Source of the DNA: Mobula hypostoma
Lineage: Eukaryota
Direction: 5' to 3'
Assembly (NCBI RefSeq): GCF_963921235.1
Contig: NC_086097.1
Coordinates: 72,232,001 to 72,296,000, forward strand
DNA length: 64,000 nt
A program made the translations under genes and the position numbers. Below the pieces are notes generated by a model. The model was not told the origin of the DNA, made no database searches, and saw only the letters and a program-made list of their open reading frames with translations. Position 1 is the stretch's first letter, and each line of letters starts with the position of its first letter. Shown one piece after another: positions 11,124-24,150 of this stretch.

Positions 11124-13685
11124 ATAAGACCATAAAATATAGGAGCAGGATTAGGCCATTTAGCCCATTCAGTCTGTTGATCTATTTTCCCTCTCAGCCC
11201 CAGTCTCCTGCCTTCACCCCAGCCCCCATCTGTCCATGTCCTGACCAATCAAAAATCTATCAACCTCTGCCTTAGATATACATAAACACCTGACCTCCAC
11301 AGCTACCTGTGGCAACAAATTCTGCAGATTCACCACTCTCTGGCTAAAGAAATTCCTCCTCATCTCTGTACTAAAGGGACATCCCTCTACTCGATGGCTG
11401 TGCCCTCTGGTCTTAGACTCCCTTGCCAGAGGAAACATCCTCTCCACATCCACTCTATCAAGGCCTTTCGCCATTCAATAGGTTTCAATTAGGTCACCCC
11501 CATTCTTCTGAATTCCTATGAATACAGGCCCATCGCCATCAAATACTCTTCATATGACAATCCTCTTAATCCTAGAATCATTTTTGTGAACCCCCTTTGA
11601 ACCCTCTCCAGCTTCAACACATCCTTTCTAAGATAAGGGGCCCAAAAGTACTCATAATACACTGTGAGACCACACCAGTGCTTGACAATGTCTCAGCATT
11701 ACATCCTTACTCTTATATTCTAGTCTCCTTGAAATGAATGCTAACATCGCATTTGTCTTCCTCACCACAGACCCAACCTGCAAATTAACCTTTAGAGAAT
11801 TCTGCATGAGGACTCCCAAGTTCCTTTGCACCTCAGATTTTTGTATTTTCTCTCCATTTACAAAATAGTCAACACTTTCATTTCTTCTGTCAAAGTGCAT
11901 GACCATACATTTTCTGACATTGTATTTCATCTGCCACTTCTTTGCCCATTCTCCTAATCTCTCTGTCTTTCTGTAACCTCTCCATTTCTTCAAAACCACC
12001 TGCCACTCCACATAGCTACGTATCATCTGCAAGCTTTGCAACAAATTCATCAATTCCATCACCAAAATCATTGACATACAACATAAAAAGAATTGGTCCC
12101 TCCACAGACCCCTGTGGAATACTACTCATCACCAGAAAAGGCTCCCTTTATTCCCACTCTATGCCTCCTGCCAATCAGCCACTGCTTTATCCATGCTAGA
12201 GTCTTTCCTGCAATACCATGGGATCATAGCTTGTTAAGATCCTCATGTGTGGCATTTTGTTAAAGACCTTCTGAAAATCCAAATACACAGCATCAACTGA
12301 ATCTCCTTTGTCTCTCCTGCTTGTTATTTCTTCAAAGAATTCCAACAGATTTAGCAGGTAAGATTTTCCCTTGAGGAAACCATGCTGACTATGGCCTATT
12401 TTATCATGTGCCTCCTAGTATCCCAAAACCACATCCTTAATATCCTCTTTAATATTATTGGCTAGCTTACTTTCTTATTCCATCTTTACCTTCTTAATGA
12501 CTATTTTAGTTGCCTTCTGTTGGTTTTAAAATGCTTCCTAATCTTCTAACTTTCCACTAATTTTTGCTCCATTATATGCCCTCTCTATGGCTTTTATGTT
12601 GACTTTGACTTCCCTTGTTCGCCATAGTTGTGTCATTTTGCCTTTAGAATACTTCTTCCTCTTTGGGATCTATATATCCTGTACCTTCCGAATTGCTTCC
12701 GGAAATTTCAGGCAGTGCTGATCTGCCGTCATCCCTACCAATGTTCTTTTCTAATCAATTCTGGCCAACTCTTCTCTCATGCCTTCTGTAATTTCCTTTA
12801 CTCCACTGTAATACTGATACATCTGACATTAGCTTCTCCTTCTCAAATTTCAGGGTGAATTCCCTTCCATTAAGCTCCATAATCAATTCTGGTTAATTGC
12901 ACGACACCCAATCCAGAATGACTTATCCCTTGGTGGACTCAACCACAAGCTGCTCTAAAAAGCCAACTCATAGGCATTCTAGAAATTCCCCCTCTTAGAA
13001 TCCAGCACCAACCTGATTTTCCCAATCTTTCTGCATATTGAAATCCCCAATTACTATTGTAACATTGCCCTTTTGGCACGCATTTTCTATTTCCTGTTGT
13101 AACTTGTAGACCACACTCCTACTGCTATTTGGGGGTCTGTATACAACTCCCATCAGGGTCTTTTTATCCTTGCAGTTCCATACCTCTATGCCTTCCAACT
13201 CTGTGTCACCTCTTTCTATTGATTTAATTTCATATTTTACCAAAAGAGACTTGCTACCCCCTATGCCTTCCTGCCCATCTTTTTGATACAATATGTATCC
13301 GTGAGCATTAAGCTCCCGGCTATAAAGTTCCTTTAGCCATGTTTCACTGATGTCTACAACATCATACTTGCCAATCTGTAACTGTGCTACAAGTTCGTCG
13401 AGCTTGTTCCATTTACTGTGTGCATTCAAGTATAACACCTTTAGTCCTGTATTCACCCCTTTCAATTTTGTCCACTTTTTATGTTTCAACTCATCCTGTT
13501 GACTGCAATTTTCCCCTATCATCAGCCTCTCCTTGCTACGAGTCCCACGACGCACTGCCTCTGTTTACAAACCAACTACCTTATCTTCAGCACTATCACT
13601 CCAGTTCCCTTCACCTTGCAAATTAGTTTAAGCCCACCTGAACAACTTTAGCCAAACTGCCCGCAAGGATATTGGATCCCCTCCA
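11124..13685 (-). mobile_element. CR1-type LINE (ORF2 APE + RT, internally deleted) nested in another CR1
   Basis: LYLNAHS...ISETWL...GVVYRPPN...IGDFN (12995-13555), RT fragments, ataagaccataa tail at 11124. Confidence 0.9.
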
Positions 13686-13779
13686 CTTTATCCACCTTAA
13701 TTTGCCTCAAGGGAGCAAGCACCTCCTCCCAAGTAATCCGTATAGTGTGCATGACCTCAGCAGGACTCAAAAGAATGTG

Positions 13780-13845
13780 AGGGAGCACCCAGATTTGAAC
13801 CAAGGACCTGTTACCTGCAGCCAAATGCTCTACCACTGAGCTACA
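13780..13845 (-). pseudogene. tRNA-Cys(GCA)-derived sequence, first ~5 nt missing
   Basis: Minus strand tgtagctcagtggtagagcatttggctGCAggtaacaggtccttggttcaaatctgggtgctccct aligns with the vertebrate tRNA-Cys consensus; A and B boxes intact; acceptor and anticodon stems damaged; no CCA. Confidence 0.85.
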
Positions 13846-13849
13846 GAGA

Positions 13850-13944
13850 CCTAATGAAGGGCCTTGGCCCAAAACATCGACTGTACTCTTTTCCATAGAT
13901 GCTGCCTGTCCTGCTGAGTTCCTCCAGCATTTTGTGTGTGTTAC
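13850..13944 (+). mobile_element. Penelope-like terminal repeat with degenerate hammerhead, abutting the tRNA-Cys sequence
   Basis: cctaatgaagggccttggcccaaaacatcgactg...gatgctgcc...gagttcctccagcattttgtgtgtgtt. Confidence 0.85.
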
Positions 13945-15642
13945 AATCACAACCTGATGTTTCTTGCATCAGTCTGCAAATTTGCATTTCAAAATCCCAC
14001 AGATGTATGGGTAGTCTATAATATAACCCCAATAATGTGTTCATACCGTTCTTATTTCTCAGTTCTACGCATTGAGCTCCTTCATGGTCCTGACTGCACA
14101 CTGCTGTGACATTTTCCCTGACTAGTAATGCCACCTCTCCTCTTTTAGTCCATCCCACTGTAGCATATCAATAAAAAAGAACCCCAGGACTTTGAGGTGC
14201 CATTCCTGCCCCTCCTGCAACTAAGTCTCATTAATGGCTACAGTGTGGTAATTACACATACAGATCCATGCCCTAAATTCATCTGCCTCTCCTACAGTTC
14301 TCCTTGCATTGACGTATATGCAGCTCAAAACATTAGTCACACCAAACCCGACTTTTTGGTTCCTGACTTTGTATTTAGGCTTAGCAATATCTTTCCCCAC
14401 AGCCACTCCACTATCTGTTCTGGTGGCCTGGTTCCCAGTTACTGGACAACAAACAGTAGTTTCACTCCCACTGTTGAACATCAAATAATTATCACATTCA
14501 CAGTTTTTGGCTTGTAATTTGGGGCTCTTCTTTGTCTGCCTATTTTATCTCTGAATGGTGTCTCTAACGTCAGAAGTAACAAACTACTTGAAACAATCTG
14601 GCGATCTGCAGTTTGCATTCAGGCAATAAGCTTCCTCCTTGAATGTGAAGGTTCTGGTCCTTGAGGAATGGGGAGAATTGATAATCTACGAAGGATGGAG
14701 CTCTGATAGTTTTTGTATTTTTTTCTATATCACATGGATAGGATCACACATGGAACCCTGATTTCAAAGCATTTGGTTTAAGGTGGATCAAGTAACCAAA
14801 GTCAGTGAAATCCTTCAGAAGATGATTGGATGAGGAGAGTCAGTGTACGAGTAATTGTGCATTGGTGGGCAAGTGTGGTGGGCGAACCTGTACAGAAGCA
14901 TTGATGTTTGTGGACTTTAAAGTTCAAAGTCAATTTATTATCATAAGACCATGAAACCATAAGGCCTCAGAGCAGAATTCAGCCATTCCATCATGACTGA
15001 TTGATAATACCTGTGAAGCCCATTGTCCTGCCCTCTCCCTGTAACATTTGATGTCCTGATTAATCAGGAACCTATCAAATTCTGCCTTAAATATACCCAA
15101 TGACTTGGCCTGCACAGCTGAATGTGGCAATTAATTCCACAGATTCACCACCATCTGGCAAAAGAAATTTTTCCACATCTCTGTTCTAATTGGACGTCTG
15201 TTAATTCTGAGACTACGCCTTCTAGTCCAAGACTCACCTACTAAAGGAGACCTCCTATCCACGTCCACTCTATTGAGTCCTTTCAATATTCAATACGTTT
15301 TAATGAGATCCCCCCTCATTTTTCTAAACTCCAGCGAGAACAGGCCTAGAACTATTAAATAATCCTCATACTTTAAACTTTCCATTCCTGGGATCATTCT
15401 CGTGAACTTCTTCTGGACTCTCTCCAATACCAGCATACCATTTCTTAGATAGGGGGCCCAAAACAGCTCACAATATTCCAACTGTGGTCTGACCAATGCC
15501 TCATAATTCCTCAGCATTACATCCTTGCTTTTGTATTTTAGACCTCTTGAAAAGAATGCTAGCATTGCATTTGTCTTCCTTACCATCAATTGACCTGCAA
15601 GTTAATCTTTACGGAATCCTGCACGAGGACTAACGAGTGCTT

Positions 15643-16062
15643 CTGCACTGGTGGTGGAGAATATTTTCACAGGCTGCATCACAGCCTGATATGAAAACAA
15701 CAATGCCCTTGAATCGAAAATCCTACAAAAAATACTGGTAATGGCCCAGTCTATCATGGGTAAAACCCACCTCACTATTGAGCACATCTACACAGTGTGT
15801 TGTCACAGGAAAGCAGCATTCATGATTAGAAACCCCCACTACACAGGCCATGCTCTCTTCTCGCTGCTGCCATCAGGAAGAAGGTACAGAAGCCTCAGGA
15901 CATACACCACTAGGTTCAGGAACAGTTATTACCCCCTCACCCATCAGTCTCCTGAACCAAAGGGAATAGCTGCACTCAACTTCACTCGCCCCATCAATGA
16001 ACAGTTCCCATAAACTATGGATTCACTTTCAAGGACTCTTCATCTCATGTTCTCAATATTTA
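15643..16062 (+). mobile_element. Rex1/Babar-type LINE 3' fragment nested in CR1
   Basis: HALFSLLPSGRRYRSLRTYTTRFRNSYYP C-terminal motif. Confidence 0.85.
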
Positions 16063-18605
16063 CATTATATTCCATCTGTCATTTCTTTACCCATTTCCCC
16101 AATCCGTCTAAGTTGTTCTGCAGTCACTCTGTTTCCTCAACACAACCTGCACTTCCACCTATCTTCATATCATTTGCAAACTTGGTCACAAAGCTATCAA
16201 TTCCTTCATACAAATCATTGATATACAATGTGAAAAGAAGTGGTCCCACCGACTGTCACCTGCAGCCAACTAGAAAAGGCCCCCTTTAGTCCCATACTTT
16301 GCCTCCTGCCAGTCAGCCAATCTTCTTTCCATTCTAGTATGTTGCTCATAATACCATAGGCTCTTATTTTGTTAAGCAGGCTCATGTGTGGAACCTTGTC
16401 AAAGGCCTTCTGAAAATCCATATAGATAACATCCACTGACTCACTTGACTGTTAGCCTGTTATTTCCTCAAAGAATTCCACAGAATTGTCAGACAAGATT
16501 TTCCCTTTAGAAAACTATGCTGACTTTGGCCTATTTTGTCATGTGCCTCCAAGTACCCTGAAACCTCATCTTTAATAATAGACTCCAATACCTTTCCAAC
16601 CACTGAGGACCAGCTAATTGGCTTATATTTTCCTTTCTTCTGCCTCCCTCCTTTCTTAAAGAGTGGAGTGATATTTGCAATCTTCCAGTCCTCTGGAACA
16701 ATTCCAGAATCTAGTAATTCTTGTAAGATCATTACTAATGCCTTCTGCTACCTCTTTCGGAACTCTGGGGTATAATCCATCTGGTCCAAGTGACGTATCT
16801 ACCTTCAGACTTTTCAGCTTCCCAAGCACCTTCTCCTTAATAATAGCAGTGACGCTCACTGACACTAAATACTTATTAAGTTCTCTGCCATTCCTTTGTC
16901 TCTCATTACTACCTCTCCAGTATCATTTTCCAGCAGTCCAATATCCACTATCATCTCTCTTTTACTGTTTTCATATCTGAAAAAAGTATCTTGTATCCTC
17001 TTTTATATTATTGACTAGTGTACCTTCATATTTCATCTTTTCTTTCCTTATGGCTTTTTTTCCATGCCTTCTGTTGGTTTTTAAAAGTTTCTCAATCTTC
17101 TAACCTCCCACGAATTTTTGCTATATTATATGCACTCTCTTTTGCCTTATTGCTGCCTTTGACTTTTCTCATTAGCCAGGGATGCTTCATTCTCCCTTTA
17201 AAATAATTCTTCATCTTTGGGATGTATCGTTCCTAAACCTTCCAAATTTCCCCAGAAGCACCAGCCATTGCTGTTCTGCTGTCATCCCTGCTAGTGTCCC
17301 CTTCCATCTACTTTAGCCAGCTCCTCTCTCATGCTTCTATAATTCCCTTTACTCCAATATCTGATATTAGCTTGTCCCTCTCAAATTGCAAGGTGAATTC
17401 TATCATATTATGAACACTGTCTCCAAAGGGTTCATTTACCTTAAACTTTCTAATCAAATCTGGATCATTACAAAACACCTAATCCAGAATTACCATTCCC
17501 CTAGAGGGCTCAACCACAAGCTGCTCTAAAAAGCCAACTTGTAGACATTCTACAAATACCCTCCCTTGATATCCAGCAACAGCTATATTTTCCCAATCTA
17601 CCTGTATATTGAAATCCTCCACAGTTATTGCAACATTATCCTTTTTACATGCCTTTTCTATCTCCTATTGTAATTTGAAATCTCACATCCTAGTTACTGT
17701 TCGTGGCCTGTATATAACTCCCATCAGGGTCTTTTTATCCCTGCAGTTTCTTAACTCAACCCACAAGAATTCTACATCTTCTTATCCTATGTTACCTCTT
17801 TCTAAGATTTTGATTTCATCTTTTACCAATAGAGCCACCCACCCTCTCTGCCTACTTGCCCCTCAATACAATGTGTATCCTTGGATGTTAAGTTCTCAAC
17901 TAAGATCTTCTTTCAGGCATGACTTGGAGATGCCCAAAGCATCATACACCTTCAGTCCTGTATTCATCACCCTTTTTGATTTTGGCCCCCTGTTAAACAT
18001 TAACTCATCCCACTAACCGCAATTCTGCCTTATCATCTGCCTATTCTTTCTCACAGTATAAATACACACTGCATCTACTTGTATAGCATCTGCCCAATAT
18101 CATTTTGGTTACCAGCTCCTTCCCAAATTAGTTTCAACCCTCCCCAGCAGCTCTGGCAAACCTGCACACAAGGATGTTGGTCCCCTCAGGTTCAGGTATA
18201 ACCCACCGTTTTTCTACAGGTCATATCTTCCCCAGGAGGAATCCCAATGATCCAGAAATCTGAAACACCGCCTCCTGCACCAATTCTTCAGCCACACATT
18301 CATCTGCCAAATCGTTCTATTCTTACTCTCACTGGCGTGTGGCACAGACAGCAGTCCAGCGATTACTACCCTGGAGGTTTTGCTTTTCAGATTTCTGCCT
18401 AACTCCCTATATTCTAGCTTCAGGAACTCCTCCGTTTTCTTACCTATGTCTTTGGTACCAATGTGTACCACAAATTCTAAATGTTTGCCCTTCCCTTTCG
18501 AATCCCATGATCCATTCCCTTCTGAGCCATTGAGCCAGACTCAGTCCCAGAGACCTGGACATTACAGCTTTCCCCTGGTAGGTTCCCCCTCCCCGCAACA
18601 GTATC

Positions 18606-18822
18606 CATAAGAACCTAAGAAATAGAAGCAGGAGTAGGCCATCTGGCCCATTCAGCCTGCTCCTCCATTCAATAAGATCCTGATTGATCTGGCCATGGAC
18701 TCATCTCACCCACCTGCCTTTTCTCCATAATCCTTAATTCCCCAATTATGCAAAAACCTATCCAACCTTGTCGTAAATATATTTACTGAGGTAGCCGCCA
18801 CTGCTTCATTGGGCGGAGAGAT
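18606..18822 (-). mobile_element. Short CR1 3' end nested in CR1 ORF1
   Basis: cataagaacctaagaaatagaagcaggagtaggcc tail; host ORF1 resumes at cagtatcc|...|agtatccaaag. Confidence 0.8.
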
Positions 18823-19618
18823 TAGTATCCAAAGTGGTGTACTTATTACTGAGTGGAATGGCTACAGGGGTACTCTGCACAGGCTGCCTATTCCCTTTCT
18901 CTTTCTTGTCAGTCACACAAGGACCTGCCTCCTGCAATTTAAGGGTGACTATCTCTCCGTAGCTCCTATCTATCAACTCCTCATTCTCCCGTATGAGCCG
19001 AAGATCACTGAGCTGCAGCTCCAGTTCCTTAACATGATTTCTAAGGAGCTGCAGTATGATGCACTCACTTCATGCAAATATGGTTATCAGGGAGACTGGA
19101 GAGCTGCTAAATTTCCCACATCTCACACAAGGAACATACCGCTACCTCCAGATCTATTTTCAGCACATTATCTATGTACTAACAGAAAAAAAATGTAGCA
19201 GAATTTTTATTACTTCCTTACTTAGAACCTCTCCCTGTGCTTACCCAAGCCTGTTGAGTCAAAGCAGGACAACTCTAACACTGGGCCACTCCAACAAAGG
19301 CCGCTCTGTTTGTGCCTATTTTCTTTTGAATGACCCCATGCTGATTGCCGCCACTGAGAAATAGCTGAAAAGCACCGAGGCTCTTTTCAAACCTTGTGCT
19401 GTTTCACCAGCAGACATCCTCTTATGCTGATTGCCGCCCACTAAAAAAAAAAATTATCTAAGTACATATATGTCCCCATATACAAACCCGAGATTCATTT
19501 TCTTGTGGCCATTCACAGTAAATACAAGAAAAACAATAGAATCAATGAAGGACCACCCCCATTAGGACAAACAGTGAATGTCCAAAAGGTAACAAACCAT
19601 GCAAATACAAAAAGTAAT

Positions 19619-21308
19619 CATCCAAAAAAGTACAATAACCATTATCAAAATAAACCAAGGCATTTTCCAGAGTATTTCTCTAAGCCCACTATGATTTTGT
19701 TTAGCTTTAAACCTGCACTCTAATTTACTCAATCAGAAGAAAATAGGATATCAAATCAGAGACAGCCAAACAAATTATACCTTGACACAACTTCTATACA
19801 TGGATGATTTGAAATAATATGCTCCTTCATCAGTAAACCTAAAGCAATTAATTCAAATAGTAGAACTATTTTCTAAAGACATAAACATGAAATTTGGACT
19901 GGACCAAGCATTAAACATAAAGAAAGTGCAATAGAACTAGTAGAATATAAAACGGAGCAGCAGGATACATTACAATTGATGGTGAATATGAAACATATAA
20001 GTATCTGAAACATCAACAAGCAACGAAAATAGACCGTGCTGTGATAAAGGGAAAACTCTCAACAGAATTTACTTCAAGGCTTGTGAAAATCTACCAAACA
20101 GAACTCAATAGTAAAAAATATAACAAAGACAATAAACAGTTTTACTATACAAATATTAACATATTCTTTTGGCATAATACCTTGTCCCGAAACTGATCTG
20201 GAAAATTTACAAAGAAAAATGAGAAATTTTTATAAAAAACACTATGTATACTTGAACTCACTTAGATTCACACTACCTAGGAAAGAAAGAGAAAGAGGTA
20301 TAAAAGATTTTAAAAGGTATAAAAATTTTACACAACAGTCAGATAAAACTTATAAGGATATAGTTTCATCAACGGAACCAGGATTCAGCACTCCACACAA
20401 ACATATGCAATTCTGCTAAGATGTACACACCACTAAACAAATGAAAACACAACCCAGAAAAATGAAGAAATACTCACTACAACAGAAAAAGTTTACCAAG
20501 AGAAGAGCGTGCCCCTCTATGGAAGACATCCCCACAATCAGAGCAGACTAAATGTCTACAAGGAAGGGTTGAACTCCTGGCTCAGAGTTGGAGACCTCTT
20601 CCAAGAAACAGAGGGATTCCTTATGGCAATACAGGCCCAGATAGGTAACACAAAAAAATGATCAAAAATGCATAATAAAAGTCCAACAAACTCAAGATGA
20701 TAAATGCAGAAAATGCCTAGAGAAACCAGAAACAATCCAGCGCATTATGGGATCCTGCAACAGTTTAACTCAATCTGATTACTTACACAGTGACAAACAT
20801 CAGCACCAAAATCTTGCTTTAAAACACAAATTCATAAAGGACACCATAGCTTACTAAAAATACAAGCCTGATCCAGTTTTAGAGTCAGCACCCGACAAAT
20901 TACACTATGACTGATCTGTTATTACAGAGAGTTTGATTCATCATAACCATCCAAATATGATATTACAGGATAAACAAACAAGAACAACTTACTTAATAGA
21001 TATAGCCATTCCAAACACACATAACATACAGAAATCAATAAGTGAAAACACCAGAAATATGCTGAATTAAAAAAGGAAATTGAAAGACTATGGAATATGA
21101 ACAGGGTATATATTGTCCCACTAATAATACCATTCCCAAAGTCTCCACACCACATGATTAAACAATTAGGTCTGCACAGCAGTATTTACGTCAACTTTCA
21201 GAATGCCACAACACTGAACACTACTGAAATCGTCTGAAATTTCCTAGCAATGAGAAATAAGCATGCTTGTACCTCAGGTTATATTAGGTTGAGCTGAAGA
21301 AAAAATAT
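19619..21308 (+). mobile_element. R4/Dong-like non-LTR retrotransposon, 5'-truncated and frameshifted
   Basis: Manual translation gives QGIFQ..LSPL.FCLAL, LLYMDDLK, YKYL, LPRKE..RGI, ETEGFLMAIQ, CRKC.EKPETIQ...GSC, NHPNMILQDK...YLIDIAIP, EKHQKYAELK. Confidence 0.85.
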
Positions 21309-21733
21309 TAATAAATAAGCAATAAATATCAAGAACATGAGCTGAAGACTCCTTGAAAGTGAGTTCATTGGTTGTGAGAACAGTTCAGTGATGGGGCAAG
21401 TGAATTTGAGTGAAGTTATCCACTTTGGATCAAAAGTTTAATGGTTGAGGAGTAGTAGCTATTGCTGAACTTGGTGGTGTGGGTCCCAAGGCTCCTATAT
21501 CACATTGGTGATGACAGCAGTGAGGAGAACATGGGCTGAATGTTGGGTGTCCTTGATGACGGATGCTGCTTTCCTGCGACAGCACTCTGTGGCAGGCAGG
21601 GGTTTCTCATGATGGACTGAGCCATAACCACAACTTTTTGTAGGCTTTTCCCATCAAGGATATTGGTATTTCCATACCAGGCCATGATGCGACTAGTCAA
21701 TATACAGTTCTGTCCACCACACATCTATAGAAG

Positions 21734-22317
21734 TGTAACGCGCTGTAAGGATTCAGTGCTAATGTAATGGCTTCTCTGTAATGTTCACTGCTGAGGTAAC
21801 CGTTTCTTTGTAGCAGCAATGTTTGGGTTATGGCTGGAGATAACAGAACTGTGATTATGCATGTTAGCCAATCAGAGATTATTGCTCTATCTTGTGAATC
21901 TGGAAGAAGGTTTCTCGTGGTCTTTGGTCAAGGAGAGATGAAGAGGGAAGATACGTATGGACAGAACTGGTAGACCAGCGGATGGAGTGGACTGGGATCT
22001 GAGGATCCGAAGCTCAGTGATGCTCGGAGGAGATCAATGGTGGAAGAATGGTGACTGAGTGAGCTCCGACGTGCACTTTTGACTTTTCCTTGAATTGGGC
22101 CCTTTTTTATTTTCATTACTAACCCTATATTCAGATTACAATTCATAAAGTTCAATCATTTAATTGCATATGGTGTACTGTCTGATATTTTGTGTTGTGG
22201 ATTTGTAAATGGGTGGTATATTACACAGCATCCACACAAACGTGATTTCTCAGTTTGGCGGGGCCAAAGGCTGTTTTCCCCGAGACGAACATGAGCTGGC
22301 CAAGCCTGAGGGTTATA
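21734..22317 (+). mobile_element. Solo LTR (Gypsy-type), 584 bp
   Basis: Starts TGTAAC, ends GGTTATA (near inverse), flanked by 4-bp TSD gaag (21730-21733, 22318-22321); Rex1 host is seamless across it. Confidence 0.85.
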
Positions 22318-22568
22318 GAAGTTTATCAAAATTTTAGATGACATATCAAATGTTCACAAACTTCTAAGGAACTACAAGTGCTGTTGTGCTTTTTTGTAAT
22401 GGCACTTCAGTGCTGGACCCAGGACAAATCCTCTGAAATATAACCTCAGTGTTATCATTTCAAATTTATCAAGTTGCTGACGCTCTCCACCTCAGATTCT
22501 TCAGTGAGACCTGATTCATTTCTCCTCCTGAAGTCAATAACTAACACCTTGGTCTTGCTGACATAAGT

Positions 22569-22921
22569 TGTCGTTGTTTCGATGTACACTGACAAACGAC
22601 TGAACCCAAGTGCGGAGGGATGACAGACTCTCATGTAGACACAGAAGCAAGAGTTTATTCATAGGATTTCCAACTGAACATCAGTGGCTTGACTGAGTGG
22701 CCTGACACCATAAGCAGAATCATTCTCGAAACACAAAGATCCTGTGAATAGCACTAATTGGGAGCCCACTTGAAATAATCACAGTACGCCGAAAACCCGT
22801 GCCAGTCAAAATAAACTTGACAAGTTTAAACAGAAATCTCCAGGGCTTAACGACTCTCAAGACAGCCTCTCAAGACAGCCACATACAAATACAGGTATAC
22901 AGGCCCACAGGGCTCATGACT
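22569..22921 (-). mobile_element. Probable solo LTR, ~350 bp
   Basis: TGTCGT...ATGAC termini, AATAAA on minus strand, interrupts Rex1; TSD not clear. Confidence 0.55.
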
Positions 22922-23689
22922 ATTCTGTGGTACCACTCGATCGCCCTCCTATAAGCTGATTCATCACCATCTTTGATTCAGCCAATGACAGTGGTGTCAT
23001 CAGCAAATTTAAATATGGCTTTGCAGCTGTACTTAGCCACACAGTCATAGATGTAAAGCGATTGACGCAGGGGACTAAGGACACAGCCCTGTGATGCACC
23101 TGTGCTGTTGGGGATTGTAGAGCTTGACGGGATGCATGGGTTAGTGAGGAGAGGCACAGATGAATGAATAATTGGGGCAATTGGTAAAGATTGTGTAGCT
23201 CGCTGTGTGGTCATGTGGAAACCCAATGTGAGGTCAAGCTATTTAACAGCTGGTTTGTGTTGTTTGTGGTGGTTTTGCTTCAATTAGTGTGATAAGAAAT
23301 TATGGAGGTACCTTGTATGATAATGTTCCAAGTTTTTATTTTACATGAACTTTCAGGGGTGATTGAAAGTCCTTCATAGACGTGCCATCAACGTGAATAC
23401 AAAAACATGTAGTCAAAGAAAAGAGTTAACCAAGTTAGAAAATTAAAAGCAAGAGAGGACATAAGGGCAGAACGCCTTGTCCATACAACATATGGATAAT
23501 AGTTTTGTTATCCTCACTGCAGCACTCAAAGTTCAGTAGCGCTCAGCACTTTTGGCACTCGGTAATTCATTAACCAATAAAGAGGATGACATTCCCATTT
23601 CAACAAAAGTGAAAACAGACCGATAGAAACAGGACAATGGTGATGTCACTTTGGCTCTCAAACCTTGTCCATCATTCAGATAATCACAG

Positions 23690-24150
23690 TTCTTGTGTGA
23701 TCTACCTCCACATACCCACATTTTCTATATATCCTTTCATCTGATTGGTTATCAAAAATCTCTCAAGCTTAGATTTGAAATTAACAACAGACTTGGTTTG
23801 GAAGTGTTCCAAACTTCTACTTCTCTATGTGAGGAAGAATTTTTATGAGTTTGTTTTATCATTCTCTGTCCGTATCTTGGTAACTTCAATTAAATCAACC
23901 AGTAACCCTTGAAATTCTAAGGAATTTCACCTTAGATTCTCCACTCCTTTTCATTCAACATCATATCGTCCTGAGGTACGGTGCTTAGAACTGCTTATAG
24001 TTTTCCTGGATTGGCCTAACCAGACCTTTACAGCGTTGTGACATTCTTGTACTCCAGACTTCAAGAAATAAATGCAGACATTCTGCTAGTTTTGCTTTTA
24101 ATTGCTTTCTGCACCTCTCCATGATGTCCTAATGTGTTCCCAGATCCCCA
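23690..24150 (-). mobile_element. Old CR1-type 3' fragment
   Basis: Degenerate matches to other CR1 3' regions (tcaagcttagatttgaaattaacaa; cagaactgc...ggcctaaccag). Confidence 0.5.

Larger units (their letters stand above)
9110..14440 (-). mobile_element. CR1-type LINE split into four pieces (9110-9610, 10279-11123, 13686-13760, 13945-14440)
   Basis: Coding sequence resumes across each insertion; the IKVDK|SPGPD motif is split between 13686 and 11123; the APE start CIYVNARR...INET lies at 14221-14330. Confidence 0.8.
14941..19445 (-). mobile_element. Near-full-length decayed CR1-type LINE (ORF1 SGNH/esterase-like, ORF2 APE+RT)
   Basis: VHIGTKDIG...RFLDHW (18214-18471), PEDWKIANITPLFKKG, YMDFQKAFDKVPH, LVRPQLEYC; tail at 14941; interrupted at 15643-16062 and 18606-18822. 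Confidence 0.9.
19455..23110 (-). mobile_element. Rex1/Babar-type LINE broken by three insertions
   Basis: TGASQGCVLSP...IFKFADDTTVIG (22978-23110); segments 19455-19618, 21309-21733, 22318-22568 and 22921-23110 are collinear. Confidence 0.8.

Noticed and set aside
13780..13845. Functional tRNA-Cys gene
   Set aside because: The 5' acceptor strand is missing, the anticodon stem is disrupted, and it is embedded in TEs
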